This document shows positions 36,623 to 46,917 of a stretch of DNA of 64,000 nt, piece by piece. The DNA comes from a virus, in the IMG/VR virus record IMGVR_UViG_3300046170_000289. The stretch is one strand, 5' to 3'. The position numbers and the translations under genes are program-made. The notes beneath the pieces are model-generated. The model worked only from the letters and a program-made list of their open reading frames with translations. It was not told the DNA's origin and searched no databases. The first letter of the stretch is position 1. Each line of letters starts with the position of its first letter.

Positions 36623-37993
36623 TTACTTGTTGGGAATTGAGTCTCTAATCAAAAGCAATTCAGAAGTGCAACCCTTCTTGGTGTAGGTAAACGTATGGGC
36701 AGCAATGAGATACTTTCCACTGAATTTCCTATCTCTAGTAACTTTCTTTCCCTTCTCGCGAGATCCAGGAATGATAAGTTTGATAATGTCCCCCGCACAG
36801 AGTGCGGTGTTTCCAGGTACCTTAATGGTTAACTGAATTGCTTTCATTAAATTATATCTAGCCGCTGCGTATTCTGCAACTGCTAATGTGTCGAAGGATT
36901 GAGTCCCATTGTCAGGATCTCCTTTCGGTTGACCCCTGTCACCCTGCTGATGGGCAAGGGCTGGAATGATTCTCATCTTCTGTCTCGTGGGAGATGCGCC
37001 ATCACCCTTGACTTCCTCGGGCATGTCAAAAGGTGGTGCCGTTTCTAGAGTCTTTGCTCTTCCAAAGACTTTATCAAACGCTGTCTCTCTAGCAGGGTAT
37101 ACCGTGCCTGAGGGTGCGCTCTTCTTGCCACTACTACCGCCTGACTGTGTTGTATTATTCAACGTAGGAATAGACATACAGATACCAGTAGTAACTGTTT
37201 TGTATGTGCCCAATCTCATATGTCTGAGATGATTTGCCTTGTCAGGATATTGAATAGATTCAATATTGTAGTAACCAGGGTCTCCTTCTTCTAATTGACC
37301 CTGCTGTTTGTATGTATATGTAAATTCAAACCCTTGCTCACAGAGCATATCAATAGACTTGAAGTGATATCCTTTCTGAGTCTCAAAGAATAAGAATCCA
37401 GATTGCTTCGCATCACCCTTACCACCTGTCACCCTAGTAACCTTGTCAGAGACGTATGAGATAAGGTCTACAGGTCTCCAGTTAGGAGACACAACTATAA
37501 TTCTAGAGTGATTCTCAAAATTCTCTTCCTTAAGTCTCTTGCCAGGTGCTTTCAGGTATTTCTTACAGACGTGCTTGGGAATGTTGTCAACGTCCTTAGC
37601 TCCACCCTCATCGATAGGACCGAATGCTTTGAAAACTTTATTCAACTCATTGTTATACATCTCTGGTGAGCAGCAGAAGAGTTTATACATCTGCCCTCTT
37701 TCAGACTTGATGATGTCACCAATCTTGTAGACTCTAAAGTCTAACTTCAACTCACCTTTACCATCTGAGGATAACGTCTTAAGGTTGACCGAGACTTCTT
37801 CACCACCTTGCAGATTCAAGTTGAAGTCAATCGAGTCAATCATCGTAAGCTCAATACGTACGAATGGTGCCTCAATAGACTCATAGTAGAGAAAGTTTCC
37901 CACCATATCCTTGAGATCATACTCTTTCTCATCCCTGATAGTCTTCAGAGTAATCTTATTACACTTGAATTCTCTGGACTGATTTTCTGCCAT
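36623..37993 (-). CDS. baseplate hub protein (gp27-like)
   Basis: YYESIEAPF..IE, FLFFETQKGYHFKSIDML, PGNTALCAGDII...SGKYLI; position after the tape-measure-like genes. Confidence 0.7.
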   Translation of the reverse strand: MAENQSREFKCNKITLKTIRDEKEYDLKDMVGNFLYYESIEAPFVRIELTMIDSIDFNLNLQGGEEVSVNLKTLSSDGKGELKLDFRVYKIGDIIKSERGQMYKLFCCSPEMYNNELNKVFKAFGPIDEGGAKDVDNIPKHVCKKYLKAPGKRLKEENFENHSRIIVVSPNWRPVDLISYVSDKVTRVTGGKGDAKQSGFLFFETQKGYHFKSIDMLCEQGFEFTYTYKQQGQLEEGDPGYYNIESIQYPDKANHLRHMRLGTYKTVTTGICMSIPTLNNTTQSGGSSGKKSAPSGTVYPARETAFDKVFGRAKTLETAPPFDMPEEVKGDGASPTRQKMRIIPALAHQQGDRGQPKGDPDNGTQSFDTLAVAEYAAARYNLMKAIQLTIKVPGNTALCAGDIIKLIIPGSREKGKKVTRDRKFSGKYLIAAHTFTYTKKGCTSELLLIRDSIPNK

Positions 37994-40900
37994 TACATTA
38001 AGTTACTAAGGGTTGAGTTAAACTCAGTGAGGACACCGAATTTGGGCATCAAGAAGTCGTCAGCATCATTCTTATCTGGACCTGGAATAATGATCTCATT
38101 ATCATCACCACCCATGATAGGTGCTTCACTCTTCTCCATAACAAGAGGTTGCATTGCTGCATCACGTTGGGCAGTCAATGCCTTCAGGTTATCTAGCTTA
38201 CTTTCAGACTTCTGCTGCTGAGCATCCTCTACTTTGGTGCCACTGGTATTAGTAGTCGTAGCCTTACCTAATTCTGTAAGACCTTTCTTAAGGGCACCAC
38301 CATCTCTTTTACCATCCACCTCTTTACCAAAGAGTCTATCGAGGATATCATCAGCAGATTCTCCTTTCTTCTCTGTATCTGTCTTTGTTTCTGCTGCTGC
38401 TTTTTCTTCCTGACGCTCTTTCTCAGTGATAACAGCATCCTTCATGGTCTCAGGTGCTGCAAACTCATTATCAGCGCCAGGTTTGACAGACATCTTAGTT
38501 ACAGGGTCAATCTGATAACCCTCTGCTGCTGCTCTCGCTGCATTCTGATCACTAGCACCTTCTGATTTATGATCTTGATATGATTTGTTAAACCAGTATG
38601 CAGTATCTGCCTGTGGGTGGATCTTAATCTCACTGATATTTGCTGGTGTAGATCTTCCCCTCTTACCTGTACTAACCCTATGCCTATTGGCAATGTCAGT
38701 CTTCAGACCACCTGAATTCATTACTGCCTTGAATTCTGGAGAGTCAGGTTTAACACCCTGTCTCTCTTCACCCATGCCCATGACTCCTGCCTTTGTCCTC
38801 TTGGACATGCTCTTGATATTAATCTTGGCATCTTTAGGCGATCCTTCAAAACCATAAACCACATAGTATGACTTGTCATTTAAGACAACTCTACTTGCTT
38901 TGAAACTATCCTTCTTATACTTCTCAGGATCAAACTTACCACCAGAAGAAAACTTAGGTAAGAATCCACCCTTAGAGAAAGGCATAGTGTATCCACCACG
39001 GGATGCCTCACCCATTCTTTGTCCTGTAAGACCAGGATTCATTCTAGTTGCAGGAGTATCAAATGGCACAACAAATGCACCACCACCTGCGAATCCCTTC
39101 ATACCTACCCACTCAGTGCCATGACCGATGAATGAGGTTGTAGCACCACCATCCAGTGACACAGGATAACCTGATTGTGGACCTTGAATCCATCCACCCA
39201 TGGATGCCTTAGGTAAGACACCACCCTCAGAGAATCCAAAGAAGTTACCAACAGCGCCCAGGATACCTCCTGCTACTGCCTTCACACCCTTGAAGATAGG
39301 ATGCTCTACGATTGCTTTGAATAGTTTACCAATCAGTGAGATAGTGCCATCATCACCAGCAATTGCTTCTAGGAGTTTCTCTTCCCAGGTAACTCCTGGA
39401 TCATCTTTTGCTTTTCCTTTATCTTCACCCTTCATATCTTCTTTATTGGAAGCACTACCACCAATAACAGAAGTCGATACACCAAAGATCTTAGCAAGAG
39501 GTGCGATCATTGCACCTAGCATGTTTCTAATAGGTGCGGGGAGGAATGCTCCGAATACTTTACCAATACCACCGATGGCAGTCATAATGCCAACACCCAG
39601 TGCTTTGAATGGGAGTTGCATCAACTGACCGAAAGCTCTAGCAACCTTCGCAGTCTTGCGAAGTTGCTTCGCCATCTCATCTTGCAGGTTAAATGACCCA
39701 CCAGATGCCATCTTAGGTTTGACCATCTTAGCGGTCTGGAAGGACCCTCCTGCCGCCTTACCTGACTTACTCTTCTCCTTATCTATCTCATCTGTCTTAG
39801 GTGCAAAGAATTTCAGCACCGTAGTCAGTGCTTTGATTCCCAGGAATAATGGTGCAAACATGACCTGGATACCAACACCCAGGATCTTACTGATCATTGG
39901 GAGGTGAGGTTGGATGAAGTCAAGCACCCCAGTCATTACCTTTCCAAGGATCTCAAAGAAACCACTCAGACTATCTTTAATAGGTGCCATCACCTGCTTA
40001 AAGACATCACCAATCATTCCGAAGAATCTACCGATTGGTTTGAAGATGGGTTCCATAAACCCACCGATTGCTTTACCTGCCTTACCACCAACGAATGCAC
40101 CAGCAGCACCACCGATCATCCCACCAAGGGGACCACCGAGCTTACTACCAATAGCTTCACCAACTAAGGCACCACCTGCTGTGCCTACACCAGCACCAAC
40201 TGCTTCACTCTGACTAGCACCAGCAGCTTTCTCGCCCAGGTATGCACCAACACCAAGACCACCAGCAACCAAACCCTTACCGAGTTTGGTGCCCATAAAC
40301 TTCTTAAGCTTGGCACCAGCTTGAGCTGCCTTACCAATGTTTAAGACACCTTTGATCAGACTGGTTACGACCCATCCGACAGTCTTAGCAGTCGCTAATG
40401 GATTCTTGAGGAATGCTATCCCCAGGAATATGGGAGCAGCAGACAGCAGGAACTGTCCTAATCCTATAATCCCTTTCAGAGATATAGGATTCTCCATAAA
40501 CTTCACCAGTCCATCAAACGCCGACCCCACTAGGAATGACGTTATCTTCCAGACAAACTTACCAATAGCAGCAAGTCCTTCTACAAGTTTCTGGACCTTA
40601 TCTGGATTCTTAGAGATCCAATCTAATGCAGCAAATCCAATGAAGAGCTTAAAGATACCACCTAAGAATCTAGCAATAGCACCAAGGAATCCACCGAAGG
40701 CACCTTTTGCTGCCTCCTTAAAATTCTGGACTACCTCAGATCCTGCCTTCTTTTCCTTCTTCTCGCTTTGATCTTCTGCCTCGTCTCTCTTCTTCTTTAA
40801 TTCTCTACGCTTCTCTTCAGCAGTTTTCTTCTTTTCTCTTGTTTCCTCTAACTTATCTGCAGCAACCTCTTGCTTCTTAGTAATATTGTCGCCTCTGATC

Positions 40901-41157
40901 TTAGCAGAGACGCGATCTTTCATCGCTTGAGTCATTGCCTCTACTTGGATAGCAATGCCATTCATCGATGCACCCAAGGAATTCATACCTGAGGTGATTT
41001 TCTTAAATGCCTTATCCTGATCCTTGACAATCTTACCTAACTCGTCAGCAGCAGTCAGGGCAGTAAACTTCTTGCCACCACCAGTACCCCTATAAGATAT
41101 CATCTTATAAAGTTTTGGTTTTGAGACCCTAGTTGATGGTGCTTTTGGTGATGCCAT
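37993..41157 (-). CDS. tape-measure-like/hub protein
   Basis: 1054 aa, helical Lys/Glu N-terminus, GA-rich amphipathic repeats, repeated ASGG motifs. Confidence 0.65.
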   Translation of the reverse strand: MASPKAPSTRVSKPKLYKMISYRGTGGGKKFTALTAADELGKIVKDQDKAFKKITSGMNSLGASMNGIAIQVEAMTQAMKDRVSAKIRGDNITKKQEVAADKLEETREKKKTAEEKRRELKKKRDEAEDQSEKKEKKAGSEVVQNFKEAAKGAFGGFLGAIARFLGGIFKLFIGFAALDWISKNPDKVQKLVEGLAAIGKFVWKITSFLVGSAFDGLVKFMENPISLKGIIGLGQFLLSAAPIFLGIAFLKNPLATAKTVGWVVTSLIKGVLNIGKAAQAGAKLKKFMGTKLGKGLVAGGLGVGAYLGEKAAGASQSEAVGAGVGTAGGALVGEAIGSKLGGPLGGMIGGAAGAFVGGKAGKAIGGFMEPIFKPIGRFFGMIGDVFKQVMAPIKDSLSGFFEILGKVMTGVLDFIQPHLPMISKILGVGIQVMFAPLFLGIKALTTVLKFFAPKTDEIDKEKSKSGKAAGGSFQTAKMVKPKMASGGSFNLQDEMAKQLRKTAKVARAFGQLMQLPFKALGVGIMTAIGGIGKVFGAFLPAPIRNMLGAMIAPLAKIFGVSTSVIGGSASNKEDMKGEDKGKAKDDPGVTWEEKLLEAIAGDDGTISLIGKLFKAIVEHPIFKGVKAVAGGILGAVGNFFGFSEGGVLPKASMGGWIQGPQSGYPVSLDGGATTSFIGHGTEWVGMKGFAGGGAFVVPFDTPATRMNPGLTGQRMGEASRGGYTMPFSKGGFLPKFSSGGKFDPEKYKKDSFKASRVVLNDKSYYVVYGFEGSPKDAKINIKSMSKRTKAGVMGMGEERQGVKPDSPEFKAVMNSGGLKTDIANRHRVSTGKRGRSTPANISEIKIHPQADTAYWFNKSYQDHKSEGASDQNAARAAAEGYQIDPVTKMSVKPGADNEFAAPETMKDAVITEKERQEEKAAAETKTDTEKKGESADDILDRLFGKEVDGKRDGGALKKGLTELGKATTTNTSGTKVEDAQQQKSESKLDNLKALTAQRDAAMQPLVMEKSEAPIMGGDDNEIIIPGPDKNDADDFLMPKFGVLTEFNSTLSNLM

Positions 41158-44100
41158 TACTTAGTGAGAAGTGGCGATGGTGAGGTATACACTGCGCTTG
41201 TGCTACCTCTTGTATTTATCTGCTGTGTAACCTTTTGCACAACTAATTTCTCCATGACAACAGGGACAATGTTTGCTTCCTCATCACGCTGTGCTTTATC
41301 TGCGATTGCTCTGAGATCTTGGACAGCTTTATCTCTGACATTTCCCAGTGGTTTGATTTTAGATGAATCAATGTTTGCAGGAGTTTCACTCACGGTGGGA
41401 CCCGTGGCATCAACTGCAGAAGTATCTGCAGGATCCGTTGGTGTTGCTGAGACGTTGGTGCTGATCTTTGTCAAGGCAGATGTTAAACCTGTCTTGAATG
41501 CCTCCATCATCTCTTCGAGAGTCTTGGGTTTTTCAGGTTTGGCATCATCTCCACCGTCACCACCGCCATTACTGCTGCTTAGGGATGTAATTTGACCCTC
41601 AGACGTTGTGGTGGATATATCAGATCCATCACCAAACTTAGTAGATGGTTTGATAGATCTAGGTGCTTTCCACATCCAGACATCACCATCAGGCAACTGA
41701 TTCTGGAAGAGATTCTTGTCCATGAAGTAATACTTACCAGGACCATTTTTCTTATCACCAGCACTGTTAGTTTTCTTCCAAGCGCCTCCCATGTTTAGTT
41801 GTCCAAATGGATCATGAACCACGAATCCATTATTTTTGTAACCAACGACCATACCCCAGTGTCCAGATCCCTTGTATTTGAATCCAACTGGGACAGGATA
41901 CCCTGCTTTTATCTCTGAGCGAAGATCTTCCCAACTCTGACCAGTTTGCAATACAGAATCAATACCAAAGTCTGCAAGTGCTTTCTTCTGAGGATATGCC
42001 AGAGTGGAAATACCATACTGACTACGGACTTTGTTATATTCCTCAGCAGATAACGATTTACCAGTGAGTTGTGATGTCCACATTGCCATTGTGGTTGAAT
42101 AGCACTGTGTATCACCAGGGCGACCATATTTGTCTGATTTGTTTGCTCTCTGGTTAAGATAAGGCACATCTTTGATGATCTTACCACCCTCAGCAGCAAA
42201 CTGAATACCAGCACGCTTACTGCTGCCAGATTCCATCACACCTGCTTCATCGTTACGACGCCAGTCATTCATGCCGCCGTTATGCTTAGCAAGCTTATTA
42301 CGATATGCAGCAATAACTGGACCGTAATCACCACTCTTCAGTGCCTGTTGCACAGTGCCTTTGATACCAGCACCATCTAAAGATCCATAGTTAAAGACTA
42401 CAGACTCAAGACCAGCTTTTACTTTATTAGGTGCCTTGTTATAGTCACCACCAACCTCATCGACGAGGCGTTGACGGTGCTCAATAATATGCTTAGATTT
42501 GATCCAATATGCTTCCTCTTCGGTGATCGTGTCACCTCTCTTGACTTTACCCGACTTACGGAATCCAGATGGATAATAAGTTGCACCAATACCAATGGTA
42601 GGGATTTCCCAACCATAGTTAGCATCGGCATATGCCTCTGTCCTCAATCCCTCATAGCTACCTAGAAGTGCTGCAAACTTCTCATCAAATCCACCAGGAA
42701 TGTTTTTAACTGGAGTGGTGCTACCAGGACCATTATTGGTGCTTGCTGAAGACCCCATCTGATTCCCAGACTGAGATCTTTGCTTCTCTATCTCTGCTGC
42801 CTTTGCAGGATCAAAGATCTTGATACCACTGATGAGGAGTTTATTCAGTCCATTATGGATGGCATCGAAGATATTCTCCTTATAAGTGAAATTCTTAACT
42901 GCCTCGACCTTTTTCTGCTCAGTCTGAGTTGCTTGGAATTGTACGCTATTACTTACACCACCAGCAGTGCCACCACCACCAGTGCTGACATTTACACCTA
43001 GTCCACTAGAGATCCTTTGGATGTCAGGTGCTAGGACAGATTTTACTTTGTTGCCAACGAATCCAAATGCACCAAATGATCCAACTATGGATTTAAGGTA
43101 GAGACCACCCACCATGCCTAGCATGTCGGGGTGACTACCAAACTGCATAGCACCACCCGCTGCCATCTCTACAGGACCGCCTGCTGCCTTCTTATTCTCT
43201 TTGTCAAAGTCAAACAGGTTGAATGTCAACGCATCAGCAATACCACCTGCCACAGAGGCAGGATTCATCAGACGCTTGGCATTATTGACGACAAACTGGA
43301 CAGTGCCCTTGATAGCATCCATCATGCCACCAAAGATAAACCCAATGAAGTCACCAAGGATCTTGGCAGCATCCATCAGGACTTTGCCGAGTCCTCCTAT
43401 GAGACCAAATATCAACCCTAAGGGCTCAGAGAGCTGCTGGAATAGAGGTCCGATGGTCATCTTGACCACCTCAAACATCATCTTAAATGCTCGACCGATA
43501 GGACCAAAGATAGGCTCCATGATCGGACCTAACTCTTTACCTACCCACTCACCTAAGAAACTACCGATCGCATTACCAACGATAGGTGCAAAGGGTCCTA
43601 GGAATGGTCCTAAGAGTGCTGTGCCAGCGATACCGCCAACTAAACCACCAACACCCTGACCGACACCAGCACCAATAGCAGAGGATGCCTTCTCACCGCT
43701 TGCAAGACCTGCTGCGATCCTTCCAGCGCCACCTACGACGCTCATGCCGACGTTTAACTTACCGCCGAGCTTACCAAATGCTTTGTTAGCACCAGCACCA
43801 AATCTCTTGCGTGCTGCAGATGCTTTACCTTTGAATTTAGAGAAACGACTTTCTTTGCCAAATCTATCCTCAAATGCTTTACCAGCACCAGGATTCTTGC
43901 GTTCTGCCTTTGCGGCAGACTTCTTCATCGCTTCGTATTCTTCTTTGGAGTAGATAACTCCAGTCTTCTTATCTCTAAACCCGCTCTTTCTTACCTTCTG
44001 GTTTTGATCCTGCTCTGCAGACTGCTGGTTAGACATCTGGAAGATCATTCTCAGACGATTAACGTCCTTCATCAACTTCCAAGGCATGATCATATACTGT

Positions 44101-44774
44101 GCAGTCCTTAGCACAGCAAGACCACCCATCAGTTGCACAACTCCGAGTATACCTCGGAATGCACGTCTGATCGGACCTTCTTCCTTAAAATTACCAATTA
44201 CATTAGTCAGTCCATCAAGGAGCAGACCAACCCCAAATTTAGTAACTTTGAATGCAAACTTACCTATGGTAAAGAGTATCTTGAATACCTTTACGGCACT
44301 CTCAGCATTCTTGGGGTTACTTAACCAGTTTAATGCTCCAAATATAATCATATATTTGAAGACTTTGAATAGACCATTGAAGAATCCACCAAGCATATTT
44401 AACTTGGGTTTCTGCTTCTCAACCGCCTTTCTACCTTCCTCTTTACCTTCCTCTACGCCCTTCTCTGCTTCATCTTCTAAGCGAGCACGTTTCTTCTTTC
44501 TGAAAGTGCGTCGGATATCCCGCATGGATGTAGTCCACTTGGTCTTATCCTTCTTTGATTTCTTCTTGATCTCCGTGACTTCTGTCTTAGAAGTGTCTGA
44601 AAGATACTCCTTTTCAAACTTTAGAAGCTCAGTCGTATCATAAAAACTCTTGGCAATGCCATCCGTCACGCTACCCATGCGATTGATGCTTTTACGCACC
44701 TGATCCATGTTTTTAGCGATACCTGACTTACCAGTTATCGGTTGAATTTTTACGAAACTACGGATTGCTGCCAT
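41157..44774 (-). CDS. tape-measure-like protein with GH24-like lysozyme and C39-like peptidase domains
   Basis: GA-rich repeats; EGLRTEAYAD...PTIGIG; VPYLNQ...TQCYST...GHW...HDP. Confidence 0.75.
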   Translation of the reverse strand: MAAIRSFVKIQPITGKSGIAKNMDQVRKSINRMGSVTDGIAKSFYDTTELLKFEKEYLSDTSKTEVTEIKKKSKKDKTKWTTSMRDIRRTFRKKKRARLEDEAEKGVEEGKEEGRKAVEKQKPKLNMLGGFFNGLFKVFKYMIIFGALNWLSNPKNAESAVKVFKILFTIGKFAFKVTKFGVGLLLDGLTNVIGNFKEEGPIRRAFRGILGVVQLMGGLAVLRTAQYMIMPWKLMKDVNRLRMIFQMSNQQSAEQDQNQKVRKSGFRDKKTGVIYSKEEYEAMKKSAAKAERKNPGAGKAFEDRFGKESRFSKFKGKASAARKRFGAGANKAFGKLGGKLNVGMSVVGGAGRIAAGLASGEKASSAIGAGVGQGVGGLVGGIAGTALLGPFLGPFAPIVGNAIGSFLGEWVGKELGPIMEPIFGPIGRAFKMMFEVVKMTIGPLFQQLSEPLGLIFGLIGGLGKVLMDAAKILGDFIGFIFGGMMDAIKGTVQFVVNNAKRLMNPASVAGGIADALTFNLFDFDKENKKAAGGPVEMAAGGAMQFGSHPDMLGMVGGLYLKSIVGSFGAFGFVGNKVKSVLAPDIQRISSGLGVNVSTGGGGTAGGVSNSVQFQATQTEQKKVEAVKNFTYKENIFDAIHNGLNKLLISGIKIFDPAKAAEIEKQRSQSGNQMGSSASTNNGPGSTTPVKNIPGGFDEKFAALLGSYEGLRTEAYADANYGWEIPTIGIGATYYPSGFRKSGKVKRGDTITEEEAYWIKSKHIIEHRQRLVDEVGGDYNKAPNKVKAGLESVVFNYGSLDGAGIKGTVQQALKSGDYGPVIAAYRNKLAKHNGGMNDWRRNDEAGVMESGSSKRAGIQFAAEGGKIIKDVPYLNQRANKSDKYGRPGDTQCYSTTMAMWTSQLTGKSLSAEEYNKVRSQYGISTLAYPQKKALADFGIDSVLQTGQSWEDLRSEIKAGYPVPVGFKYKGSGHWGMVVGYKNNGFVVHDPFGQLNMGGAWKKTNSAGDKKNGPGKYYFMDKNLFQNQLPDGDVWMWKAPRSIKPSTKFGDGSDISTTTSEGQITSLSSSNGGGDGGDDAKPEKPKTLEEMMEAFKTGLTSALTKISTNVSATPTDPADTSAVDATGPTVSETPANIDSSKIKPLGNVRDKAVQDLRAIADKAQRDEEANIVPVVMEKLVVQKVTQQINTRGSTSAVYTSPSPLLTK

Positions 44775-44914
44775 TAGAGGGCCATGCGTGACTGATCTTG
44801 GTTTTGCCTTCTTTCTTCCTCAGCAATGTGTGCGAGGAGAAGATTCACATATACATCACGTTCCCACGGTATCATATTCTCTAACTCGGTCAGTGAATAT
44901 TTGTGGTGCTGCAT
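44774..44914 (-). CDS. gp51: gp51-like baseplate hub assembly protein (frame stays open back to 44971; likely the frameshifted extension of gp26)
   Basis: MQHHKYSLTELENMIPWERDVYV, read manually. Confidence 0.75.
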   Translation of the reverse strand: MQHHKYSLTELENMIPWERDVYVNLLLAHIAEEERRQNQDQSRMAL

Positions 44915-44964
44915 CAAAGCAAAGTTTGTTTTATAGTAGTTTTCAAGACTATCGTGCAGTAGGG

Positions 44965-45669
44965 CTATGCGAAAAAACTTGCAAGTCCTTCAAGCACAAC
45001 ATCAGATACGACTTTAGTGTTGGGGTTAACAACTTCAAGTGTGTATGATAGTTTGGGCATAGTCTCAAAGAATTTTTGGACTTTAGCAAACTGCTCGGAA
45101 TTCAAGTCTTCCAAGAATTCAAGTGCTTCTTTCTTAGTGAAGTTGTCATAGACTTCTTCCTTATCGTAAACACTTTCAATACACCCTGCTGCCAACTCGA
45201 AGATATCCTCGATATTGGGATCATCCGACATATTTTGACTGATGAATACATCAATCGACGGATACTTCATAACGATACCTACATTGTCATCAAGAAGCAT
45301 TTTCTTCTCATGATCTGCAGGAATAACAACCTCAACTTCATTCAGAGGGACCATCACTTCGACTTGGGTCTCATTATCATCAGGGCAGGTGATCTTGAAT
45401 TCACTTGCTTCACCGACAGCAGTAGCACGGATGCGAAGGAAGATATATTCGATCTCGAAGGTTGCGAGATCTTCAACCTTACCTTTCAGGTTGGTGCAGT
45501 TTCTGATGATGGTCTTAACTGCTTTGATCATCTGCTTGTCGTCTTGCGACTCCATAGCGAGATACAGCAGTTTTTCCTCCTTAACGAGGAAAGGTCTATA
45601 TGTGATTTTCGTGCCAGTGATAGGCAGCGTCAAATCATACTCGGGGATAGCGAGCTTAGGTAAAGGCAT
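44965..45669 (-). CDS. gp26: gp26 baseplate hub assembly chaperone
   Basis: MPLPK...YRPFLVKEEKLL...DIEYIFL-like segment...GLASFF. Confidence 0.88.
   Translation of the reverse strand: MPLPKLAIPEYDLTLPITGTKITYRPFLVKEEKLLYLAMESQDDKQMIKAVKTIIRNCTNLKGKVEDLATFEIEYIFLRIRATAVGEASEFKITCPDDNETQVEVMVPLNEVEVVIPADHEKKMLLDDNVGIVMKYPSIDVFISQNMSDDPNIEDIFELAAGCIESVYDKEEVYDNFTKKEALEFLEDLNSEQFAKVQKFFETMPKLSYTLEVVNPNTKVVSDVVLEGLASFFA
44971..44977 (-). promoter_or_regulatory. putative -1 frameshift slippery heptamer T TTT TTC
   Basis: In frame, immediately before the last codon (GCA) and stop of gp26; a -1 slip enters the gp51 frame. Confidence 0.65.
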
Positions 45670-45694
45670 AATGCTCCATAACTATTAAATTTAT

Positions 45695-46447
45695 TTAGGT
45701 GCCAAAGAAGGATGAATCTATTTGATCGGCAGAGAATCCTAAGCGAGCAAATATCTCATCAAAGTTACGAATAACTTTATCATTGACTTCAGGTTTGAAT
45801 GATAACACGTCCTCTGCAACTGTATCAAATCTGAATCTCTCATATTTGAAGTCAACATCAATCTTCAATAGATCTGCTGGACCATTGTTGAGAGACATTG
45901 CTGAGATGTCGAAGGGATATGCACCATACATTTGCCAGACTGCAGTGGATCTATTCATCCTCTGCTCAAACTGGACTGGTCTTCCAGCACCATTATTAGC
46001 AGTGCCTTTATATACAACGTTAGCAGCATTCTCCCACTTCAGGATCTGAATGGATGACGTGTATTCATCGTAAAATGTAACTCTATTTTCAGCATCATTA
46101 GCAGTCATATTCATCCAATTCTCAAAGAATTGACGATGATACATGTCCTTTGTCATGATGAATGACATTCGGACTTCTTGCTTCTGCTGACCATATGCAT
46201 AGTCATATGGCATACCAACAGTCTTGACTGATTGTGTCTTAATCCTTCTAGCAGGGATAGTTACACTGTCAGCGAAGTAGTTGATAGACTCATAATGCTC
46301 CTTATAGGAAGGCTGTATCCTCTGAGCATACAACATCGGGGGGAGAGTGATCTCAACCGAAAATAGATTCGACTTTGCAATATCCTTCTCACCACTGCTG
46401 ACCAGATCAGCAAATCGGAGAAAACTATTGGGATTTCTGTAACTCAT
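45695..46447 (-). CDS. tail tube/baseplate initiator (gp19/gp54-like)
   Basis: SVTIPAR, NWMN, YPFDISAMSL, VDFKY tube-protein pattern. Confidence 0.75.
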   Translation of the reverse strand: MSYRNPNSFLRFADLVSSGEKDIAKSNLFSVEITLPPMLYAQRIQPSYKEHYESINYFADSVTIPARRIKTQSVKTVGMPYDYAYGQQKQEVRMSFIMTKDMYHRQFFENWMNMTANDAENRVTFYDEYTSSIQILKWENAANVVYKGTANNGAGRPVQFEQRMNRSTAVWQMYGAYPFDISAMSLNNGPADLLKIDVDFKYERFRFDTVAEDVLSFKPEVNDKVIRNFDEIFARLGFSADQIDSSFFGT

Positions 46448-46917
46448 TAAACTCGACTCCAGATGTGACTGCTAGGGACTTCGATCCAGCGACCTGCTGC
46501 ATTAAATAAGAATTGCTCTATAGGCAATGGAGTCATATCCTGCAGATCAATCGGTTTAACAGTATAGACGTTGGTAGCATTTGACATAAAGTATTTATGA
46601 TGGCAACGGGCAGGATAAGCAGGACTACCCATAGACCACTGTGCAGCAATCGTCCTTCTTGCTGATGGTTGTAGATAATGCAAGTTACCACCTGAGAATT
46701 GCATGTTTGGTTTATCCAGATCGGATATCTGCACCATAGGGAATCTGTCATAAAATGACAGTTTCTCAGTTGCAGCAGAATACGCAAAGAAGATGATATC
46801 ACCAACTGCAAAGGTGCCTTCATAAGGCTCTAAACCAAATTGTAGTTGTGAGCGATACCACTCTTTGGATTGACTCTTACCTTCGGCAAGATCTTTGACA
46901 TCACTGAAGATGCTCAT
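46447..46917 (-). CDS. gp2: gp2 DNA end protector
   Basis: WYR, YDRFPMV, GGNLHYL; adjacent to gp4. Confidence 0.8.
   Translation of the reverse strand: MSIFSDVKDLAEGKSQSKEWYRSQLQFGLEPYEGTFAVGDIIFFAYSAATEKLSFYDRFPMVQISDLDKPNMQFSGGNLHYLQPSARRTIAAQWSMGSPAYPARCHHKYFMSNATNVYTVKPIDLQDMTPLPIEQFLFNAAGRWIEVPSSHIWSRV

Noticed and set aside
44930-44970. Stimulatory pseudoknot after the gp26 slippery site
   Set aside because: Only a weak short stem (GCATAG/CTACTGC) is visible by eye; a folding computation is needed before claiming a stimulator
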